Below are positions 57,513 to 64,000 of a DNA stretch of 64,000 nucleotides, one piece after another (position 1 is the stretch's first letter; each line of letters starts with the position of its first letter). This stretch comes from a virus (lineage: Duplodnaviria; Caudoviricetes), in IMG/VR virus record IMGVR_UViG_3300008740_000001, positions 96,001 through 160,000 of that record; one strand, given 5' to 3'. The position numbers were made by a program, and so were the translations under genes. Below the pieces are notes generated by a model. The model was not told where the DNA came from. It did no database searches and worked only from the letters and a program-made list of their open reading frames with translations.

Positions 57513-60500
57513 AAACAAACCCCAACAGGAAGAAGGGAAGTCTTCCCTTCGTAAACCTTCATGCTCACAGTGTGGCCGGATCGATCTTCGATGCGATTGG
57601 GTACCCGCAAGATCATATGGATTTCGCATATGAAAACGGGCTTAACGCCTTGGCACTCACAGATCATGGAAACATGAATGGATTGGCATATCAGGTCTTG
57701 CATGGTAAGAAAATGGCAGAAGAAGGAAGGGACTTCAAACCGATTTATGGTGTTGAGGCGTACTTCGTTCCGTCCCTTTCGCAATGGAGAACAGAGTATG
57801 AGAAGGTCATGGAGGATAAGAAGAAGGCACGCTCTTCTGCCAAGGGTCTTCAATCCGGCGCAACCGTAGAGGACTCTCATGAGTCGAAGCGAGCAATGAA
57901 TAACGTTCTAAAGCGCCGCAGTCATTTGGTCCTGTTGGCTCAAAACCAAGAGGGCTTGAATAATATTTTCAAACTTATTTCTGAAAGTTATAAGGCAGAA
58001 AACTTTTATCGATATCCGCGTATTGATTACGCGCTTCTGGAGAAATATAGTGATGGCATTATTGCCTCATCTGCATGTCTGGGAGGTATTTATGCCGGAG
58101 ATTACTGGCGTGCTAGCACCTATGACGAGGAGGGAAATCGCACCGGCGTCGACACTGATGCTGCTTTGGAATCCATGAGGGAAACGACGCAGCGTATGCA
58201 GTCGATTTTCGGAGATAGGTGGTACGGAGAACTGCAGTGGAACAACATCAAGGAACAGCATGAGTTGAACAACATGATCATTCAAATGGCTACAGAGTTT
58301 GACATGGACTTGATTTCTACGGCAGATAGTCATTATCCAAATCCCGATGCTTGGAAGGATCGTGAACTCTATAATCGCCTAGGCTGGCTTGGCAAGGGGC
58401 GCCCATCGTGGGCCGAAGAAGATTCGGATCTACCTGTGGATGTCGATGAGATCGGGTACGAACTATATCCCAAGAATGGTGATCAGATGTGGGATTCGTA
58501 TAGAAAGTACTCCAAGCACTGCAATGTAGAATACGATGATACTGTGGTTCGCAACTCTATTACAAACAGTTACGCCATTGCAGAGGAACGCATTGAGCGC
58601 TTCTTTCCCGATAACACAGTTAGGCTTCCAGACTTTGTTGTTCCGGTTGGAATGACCGCAACTCAAGCATTAGTAAAGTTGTCCATGGATGGCCTTAACG
58701 AACTTGGCTTGGCTGAAAATGAAGAGTATCTTGGAAGACTTAAGTCGGAACTAAAGGTCATCGATGATCGAGGCTTCTCAAAGTACTTCTTGACTATGAA
58801 GGCGATCTCTGATCGTGCTACTGAGACGATGCTCACCGGGCCCGGTCGAGGCTCCGCTGCTGGCTCATTGGTGGCGTATGCTTTGAAGATTACACAAGTT
58901 GATCCGATTAAACACGGCTTGTTGTTCTCTAGATTTCTGCGTTCAGACGCAACGGACTACCCAGATATTGATTACGATGTGGCCGATCCGATGGCCCTTA
59001 AGGAGCAGCTAATTGAAGAATGGGGAGAGGATACCGTTGCTCCAATCTCTAACTGGAACACGCTGCAGCTTCGCTCCTTGATCAAAGACATTTCCAAGCT
59101 GTATGGTGTCGAATTTACCGAGGTTAATAAGGTGACATCTACAATGATGTCAGAGGCAACACCTGCTGCAAAGCAAAAGCATGGAATCAAGGCCGGCGTA
59201 TACGCGCCAACTTGGCAAGAAGTTGTCGAGTTCAGTCCTACGTTGCGTGATTTTCTAAACAAGTATCCAGATATCCGCACACACGTTGAAACTTTGGTTG
59301 GACAAGTCCGCTCGTGTTCCCGGCATGCCGGTGGTGTAGTGGTAGCCGAAAATCTTGATCGGCATATGCCGCTGATCAACTCGGGAGGAGTTAGGCAGAC
59401 CCCGTGGTCTGAGGGACAGAATGTCAGGCACCTTGAGCCCATGGGGTTCATTAAATTTGATATTCTGGGTCTGGCTAGTCTTCGGATGATCGACGGAGCT
59501 ATTCGCCACGTTCTCAAGAGGCACCATAACATAGAACAGCCCACATTCTCAGATGTGAAGGACTTTTATAATAAGCATCTCCATCCTGACACAATTGACT
59601 TTGATGATCAGGCAGTATATGAAAATGTTTTTCATGCAGCAAAGTGGGCCGGCGTGTTTCAGTTTACAGAGACTGGCTCACAGAACTTCTGTGTACGTGC
59701 ACAGCCACGCAGCATTATTGATCTGTCTGCAATCACTTCGATCTTTCGACCGGGCCCACTCTCGGCCGGCGTGGATACTGATTATGTGGACGCAAAAACT
59801 TCCCCGCAGTATATTAAGTATGCGCACCCGCTCGTGCAAGAGGTCACCGAGGAAACTTATGGATTTCTGATCTTTCAAGAGCAGATTGCCCTCTTGGCAC
59901 ATAAGCTTGGCAAAGATTTGAGTCTGGATGAGGGCAACAAGTTGCGCAAACTCCTTACCAAGAAGGGCACTGGCAGTGCGGCCCGCGAGAAGAAGCGAAT
60001 TCACAAGAAGTTTGTAGACGGTTGCACCGAAAAGGGAATGAAGAAGGATGTGGCGCAGAGACTCTGGGAGACATTTGAGTACTTCTCGGGATATGGCTTC
60101 AACAAGTCGCATGCAGTTTCATATAGTATTCTATCGTTCCAGTGCGCATGGTTGCTGAACTACTACCCGTCTGAGTGGGTGGCAGCATTTCTTGACAAGG
60201 AGCCGGAGTCTCGCAAGGAAAAGGCAATTGGTATTGCCAAGAGTCTTGGCTTTGAGATTGAGCCGCTGAACGTCAACACATCTGGCAGGGTGTGGGAGAT
60301 TACGGAATCTGGTACAACACTAGTCCAGCCGTTTAACTCGATTAAGGGTCTTGGTGATGCTGCGATTGATCAGATTTTAAACAATAGACCGTTTAATAAC
60401 ATTGAAGAGTTTTTGTTTAACGAAGAGATCTCTTATTCTAAGCTGAACAAGAAGGCTCTGGACGTATTGATCAGAAGTGAGGCCTTGGATACTCTCATGG

Positions 60501-60988
60501 ATGAGCGCTTTACCGGGGCGAAGCACTTCTGGTCTGCGGTGGCTGTGGACCGACCGAAGAATAAGAAGAAGTTTCTAGAGAACGTTGAGCTTTATCGACC
60601 AGAGGGAGATTTTACAGAAGAAGAGAAGATCCAGTCTATTGTTGATTTGACAGGATCGTTCCCTATGAGTCGAGTCATCGACGAAGATGTGATGCAAAGG
60701 CTTGAGGAAAAGTGTATCCCGCCCATCGCGGAATACGATTCAGACTTGCAAGTAACTTGGTTCATTCCTCGCAAGGTTACAGCTAAGAAAACAAAGAACG
60801 GCAAGCTCTATTGGATTCTAGAAGTTATTGATTCAACCAATTCGCTTACCAAGATTCGTTGTTGGGGCGTAAAGCCGGAGCAAGATCGTATTCTTATGAA
60901 CCGGCCCTATCTTGCTAGGTTGGACCACAATCAACAGTGGGGGTTCAGCACGCGCTCTATTCGATACAATTTTCGACTACTGGGATAA
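57509..60988 (+). CDS. dnaE: DNA polymerase III alpha subunit (family C)
   Basis: PHP motifs HAHS, TDHGNMNG; GRGSAAGSL; PDIDYD; RHAGGV; KFDILGL; YGFNKSHA; no intein seen. Confidence 0.96.
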   Translation: MKTNPNRKKGSLPFVNLHAHSVAGSIFDAIGYPQDHMDFAYENGLNALALTDHGNMNGLAYQVLHGKKMAEEGRDFKPIYGVEAYFVPSLSQWRTEYEKVMEDKKKARSSAKGLQSGATVEDSHESKRAMNNVLKRRSHLVLLAQNQEGLNNIFKLISESYKAENFYRYPRIDYALLEKYSDGIIASSACLGGIYAGDYWRASTYDEEGNRTGVDTDAALESMRETTQRMQSIFGDRWYGELQWNNIKEQHELNNMIIQMATEFDMDLISTADSHYPNPDAWKDRELYNRLGWLGKGRPSWAEEDSDLPVDVDEIGYELYPKNGDQMWDSYRKYSKHCNVEYDDTVVRNSITNSYAIAEERIERFFPDNTVRLPDFVVPVGMTATQALVKLSMDGLNELGLAENEEYLGRLKSELKVIDDRGFSKYFLTMKAISDRATETMLTGPGRGSAAGSLVAYALKITQVDPIKHGLLFSRFLRSDATDYPDIDYDVADPMALKEQLIEEWGEDTVAPISNWNTLQLRSLIKDISKLYGVEFTEVNKVTSTMMSEATPAAKQKHGIKAGVYAPTWQEVVEFSPTLRDFLNKYPDIRTHVETLVGQVRSCSRHAGGVVVAENLDRHMPLINSGGVRQTPWSEGQNVRHLEPMGFIKFDILGLASLRMIDGAIRHVLKRHHNIEQPTFSDVKDFYNKHLHPDTIDFDDQAVYENVFHAAKWAGVFQFTETGSQNFCVRAQPRSIIDLSAITSIFRPGPLSAGVDTDYVDAKTSPQYIKYAHPLVQEVTEETYGFLIFQEQIALLAHKLGKDLSLDEGNKLRKLLTKKGTGSAAREKKRIHKKFVDGCTEKGMKKDVAQRLWETFEYFSGYGFNKSHAVSYSILSFQCAWLLNYYPSEWVAAFLDKEPESRKEKAIGIAKSLGFEIEPLNVNTSGRVWEITESGTTLVQPFNSIKGLGDAAIDQILNNRPFNNIEEFLFNEEISYSKLNKKALDVLIRSEALDTLMDERFTGAKHFWSAVAVDRPKNKKKFLENVELYRPEGDFTEEEKIQSIVDLTGSFPMSRVIDEDVMQRLEEKCIPPIAEYDSDLQVTWFIPRKVTAKKTKNGKLYWILEVIDSTNSLTKIRCWGVKPEQDRILMNRPYLARLDHNQQWGFSTRSIRYNFRLLG

Positions 60989-61062
60989 GTTATGCTCTAA
61001 ATAAAGGTACGATTCTCTAAAAATTTACTATTTATAAATGCGAACCTGCAGGAGTCCCAAAT

Positions 61063-61509
61063 ATGTTTTTAACAGAAGACCTTTTGAAGAAGCTGATTTC
61101 AGAAATCAGAGATGAATATTTAACACAATTACCATCCACAGCGGATGCACCCATAAGCGATACGGAAGCCTCAATGGATGCTTTCACTGCCGAACTGGAA
61201 GAGATTGAGATCGATCCCGGCGAAGGCGTGCACTTTATGGGCAAAGCTATGAATTATGATGAGTTTTTGGCAATTCTTGGAAACTACATAGCAACCAGAG
61301 AGCAGCGTCGTCACGGAGGCCAGCCTGATAAGTATCTCCGAAAGGAAATTAAGGCTGCTGTGAGAGACGCCCTTGTTAGAGTCCCCCAGATGATAGCTGA
61401 TGCTATCGCAGAAGTGCTCGAAGACCGTCTTGAAGATGACAGTTGGGAGTATGGCCCAGAATCTAGACGACCCATGACGCCCGAAGAGAAGGAGGATTGG
61501 GGATTATGA
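61063..61509 (+). CDS. Acidic hypothetical protein with leader-like N-terminus
   Basis: MFLTEDLLKKLISEI; preceded by ACTATTTATA (61027) and AGGAG. Confidence 0.65.
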   Translation: MFLTEDLLKKLISEIRDEYLTQLPSTADAPISDTEASMDAFTAELEEIEIDPGEGVHFMGKAMNYDEFLAILGNYIATREQRRHGGQPDKYLRKEIKAAVRDALVRVPQMIADAIAEVLEDRLEDDSWEYGPESRRPMTPEEKEDWGL

Positions 61510-62297
61510 AAATTACCAGAACAAGACTTAAGGAGATTCTCGCAGAGGAAATTACTCTTTATGAAAATTTCCGTGGCACTGCTGGTGGCTTACAATCACC
61601 GAGTGGGCTTACTCCGGAAGATATCGCCAATGAATTACTCCAGCAAGGAGTTAGCGACGAGGATGCCATAACGCAAGCAATCCTCGATGCCGGCGTCCAA
61701 GACGACAGCATACCAGATTTTGAAGATGCCGTTTGGGGAGAACTTGACAAGGCACAGAATTTACCAGAGTCACTAGAAGCTGCAGCCGGCCTGATGTCAC
61801 AAGCAGGTGTGTATACCAAACACCCCAAGGTACAGCAGCGACTGATGCGCGTGGTTCAGCAAGCGCGAGAGGCCGGATTGACCGACGAGGAAATCTTAGA
61901 GTTGACGCAGGGCCTTCTTGGGGCGGATATGATGCAGACTGCTGAAGAGGCACCCGATGAGGTGGGACTCGAAGAAGAACGCTTTATGGGCGGCCAAATC
62001 GATATCGAGCCTTTGTCCGACGAAGAGCAAGCTGCATCGACCGAGGCGTATTATGAGTTGTTTAACGTTCTCTTAGGCTCCAATCTTCCCGGCGACAAAC
62101 CTTCGGAGAAGCTAAAGTATGCGCTCCGCTGGATTGCAAAATTTGAACAGAGTGGAGAGGAGGATAGAGCATATCGAGCCAAGCTTGATGATGCGCCTGC
62201 GATGGGCCGCTTCGTTCGTGGACTCAAAGAGGTAGAAGGGCGCAAGGAACAATTAATTGATATTATTACGGAAGTGGTTCGAGATGAAATTTACTAA
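61506..62297 (+). CDS. Acidic protein, shared leader (putative internal head protein)
   Basis: MKITRTRLKEILAEEI; ATGA coupling. Confidence 0.65.
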   Translation: MKITRTRLKEILAEEITLYENFRGTAGGLQSPSGLTPEDIANELLQQGVSDEDAITQAILDAGVQDDSIPDFEDAVWGELDKAQNLPESLEAAAGLMSQAGVYTKHPKVQQRLMRVVQQAREAGLTDEEILELTQGLLGADMMQTAEEAPDEVGLEEERFMGGQIDIEPLSDEEQAASTEAYYELFNVLLGSNLPGDKPSEKLKYALRWIAKFEQSGEEDRAYRAKLDDAPAMGRFVRGLKEVEGRKEQLIDIITEVVRDEIY

Positions 62298-62691
62298 ATC
62301 GGACATAAGAGAAATCATCGCGGAAGAAATCGACAATATGCTGGCCGAAAGTCATGACGAAGAAAATGAAGGAGCTATGGCAGTTAACCAGCTGAACCAG
62401 ATTGGACAAATGTCTGCAGAGTTGGGAGATATGATTTCCGATGCTACAGACTTGGAAGAATGGGCAGAAGCGAAGATAACAAAGGCTCACGATTATCTCA
62501 ATACGGTATTGAATCATCTCGCCTCCTCACAGGAGCTTCACTCTCAAATCCCCGAAGAGCCAGATCCACTGAAGGCAGATGATGGTGCTGTGGAACCAGA
62601 TGCGGTTGAACCCCTGCGCTTAAAGACACCTACGCGTCAGAAAATTAATAGACTTAGAAGAAACTTGGCAACTGGGGATTGGTCAAGATGA
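62284..62691 (+). CDS. Acidic protein, shared leader (putative internal head protein)
   Basis: MKFTKSDIREIIAEEI; EG.MA..QL...LEEW...KITKA.DY motif. Confidence 0.65.
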   Translation: MKFTKSDIREIIAEEIDNMLAESHDEENEGAMAVNQLNQIGQMSAELGDMISDATDLEEWAEAKITKAHDYLNTVLNHLASSQELHSQIPEEPDPLKADDGAVEPDAVEPLRLKTPTRQKINRLRRNLATGDWSR

Positions 62692-63644
62692 GGGTCTCCA
62701 TGTCGCAACTGCAGAAGATTATTAAAGAAGAGCTTGACGAGGCCACCGCTCTGGGTACCTCTTGGGCGGACAAGATGGCTCGGGAGTATGGCGCATCGAG
62801 TCGCAAAGAAAAAGAGCGCGGCCGGAAGAGAAAAAAGGGCGACAAAGAAAAAGTCAAGGAAGAAGTCGAGGAACCGACCAGCTTTGCTCCAACAGCGGCA
62901 GAAGAGGCTCAAAAGATCAACGATCAAACTGGCTTGACTTATGTTACTGATCAATCGTATTGGGAGAGCATGGGTGTGAAGACGGGTGAAGACTTGGCAA
63001 GAACGGTTTTGTTTCAAACATATTCAGATACATACAAAGAATTATACGGGCACCGGCCCAGAGGCATGCCGTGGAAAGAAATGACACCTCAAGAGATTCA
63101 AGACGCTCAGGCTGCACTTGACGATGAGTGGATGGAACATCGCCATCATGATGATCAAGCTTGGAAAGACGACGATCCCGAATATATTGCACGCGCCAAA
63201 GAAATAGAAGCAGAATACGAAGCAGAGAAAGAAGCAGCCGCCAGCGCCGCCGAAGAAGAGAGAATGAAAACTCCCGAACAAGGCGAAGAGTTTCCCAAAC
63301 GCGCCGGGATGGGCAAAAGAATGAAGGAGACTAGCACAAGGAGAGGCACAGTGAAGATTACAACAGCAAAGTTAGACGAGATTATCAAAGAAGAGACAGA
63401 CTCGGCCATTAAAGAATGGGAAAATACCCGAGATTACCGCGAGGGCCTATATTCCGGCTTGGGCGAACCAGAACATGAAATGAGCGACGAGGGCAACAAT
63501 GTATTTGTAACCTCTGGTGATACGCCACCAGAGAGAGAAGGTTACCTTGAAGCGCGCATTATTGATGCGGTAACACTTTTGAAGCAGGGACACTCTGAAG
63601 AGGCGTTAGAAGAATTGATGAACGCCTTGACAACCAAGTTATAA
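62688..63644 (+). CDS. Acidic protein with two copies of the leader motif
   Basis: MRVSMSQLQKIIKEEL at the N-terminus and VKITTAKLDEIIKEET internally. Confidence 0.65.
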   Translation: MRVSMSQLQKIIKEELDEATALGTSWADKMAREYGASSRKEKERGRKRKKGDKEKVKEEVEEPTSFAPTAAEEAQKINDQTGLTYVTDQSYWESMGVKTGEDLARTVLFQTYSDTYKELYGHRPRGMPWKEMTPQEIQDAQAALDDEWMEHRHHDDQAWKDDDPEYIARAKEIEAEYEAEKEAAASAAEEERMKTPEQGEEFPKRAGMGKRMKETSTRRGTVKITTAKLDEIIKEETDSAIKEWENTRDYREGLYSGLGEPEHEMSDEGNNVFVTSGDTPPEREGYLEARIIDAVTLLKQGHSEEALEELMNALTTKL

Positions 63645-63655
63645 TCTGTTATATT
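63627..63655 (+). promoter_or_regulatory. sigma70-type promoter
   Basis: TTGACA-N17-TATATT with extended TG. Confidence 0.75.
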
Positions 63656-63661
63656 ATATAA

Positions 63662-63925
63662 GTGAAATACAAAGTAGGCGACATTGTACTAGTCGAGTCT
63701 TTTGCTGGGCCCCAAGTGCGTGTCCGACTAAAGACACGGATCATAAAGCCAAACAATGGCTGGGGTGCAGACGGCTGGGATGCTGTGATAATTTACAAGA
63801 AAGATGTAGACGCTCTCATTAGCAGTGGTGTGCCGTATAAGCGCGGCAGCAAACCCACTACTTTTGTATTTGATGAAGACATCATCAAAAAGGTGATAAA
63901 AAAAAGACGCACAAAGCGTAAATAA
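63662..63925 (+). CDS. Hypothetical SH3-like small protein
   Basis: KYKVGDIV start; basic tail. Confidence 0.55.
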   Translation: MKYKVGDIVLVESFAGPQVRVRLKTRIIKPNNGWGADGWDAVIIYKKDVDALISSGVPYKRGSKPTTFVFDEDIIKKVIKKRRTKRK

Positions 63926-63928
63926 ATG

Positions 63929-63957
63929 TGGACAAACTACGATAAATGTAGTATATT
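63929..63957 (+). promoter_or_regulatory. sigma70-type promoter for gene starting near window end
   Basis: TGGACA-N17-TATATT then AAGGAG and ATG. Confidence 0.6.
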
Positions 63958-64000
63958 AATAGAATAGCAAGGAGAAAAAATGCTAAATCTAAATGATGAC

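Noticed and set aside
52474-60988. Inteins or group I introns in RNR, helicase, terminase or DnaE
   Set aside because: Lengths are normal, motifs are contiguous, and no intein C/HN termini or LAGLIDADG/HNH inserts were seen.

Overview
This 64 kb window is a fragment of a large (jumbo-type) tailed dsDNA bacteriophage with a contractile tail. All credible genes lie on the + strand in the standard genetic code, and many have AGGAG Shine-Dalgarno sites. Layout: (1) 1-4.9 kb, primase, a fused Mre11-Rad50 (SbcD-SbcC / gp47-gp46) and a small membrane/lysis-like cassette. (2) 5-43.7 kb, a T4-like virion module: terminase, portal, prohead protease, a phage ribosomal protein bS21, five fibre/decoration genes, scaffold, major capsid, neck, tail terminator, sheath, tube, tail chaperones, tape measure and baseplate. 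(3) 43.7-61 kb, a replication/metabolism block: a minimal PolA, a divergent tubulin/FtsZ-like protein, gp32-like SSB, initiator tRNA-Met, RecA, lipoproteins, a HAD phosphatase, 5'-3' exonuclease, helicase, class II RNR, GroES, ClpP and DnaE. (4) 61-63.6 kb, a cluster of acidic proteins sharing an N-terminal leader. Two promoter classes partition the window: sigma70-type TTGAC(T/A)-N17-TATATT in front of replication genes, and a recurring ACTA(T/C/A)TTA(T)A motif in front of virion genes. The most intriguing items are the coupled mini-PolA/tubulin operon, the shared MK(I/F)T...II.EE leader family, a 21-codon amber-terminated ORF in frame with the prohead protease, and a probable +1/-2 frameshift in the tail chaperone. 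All protein calls come from motif recognition by eye; no database searches were run.
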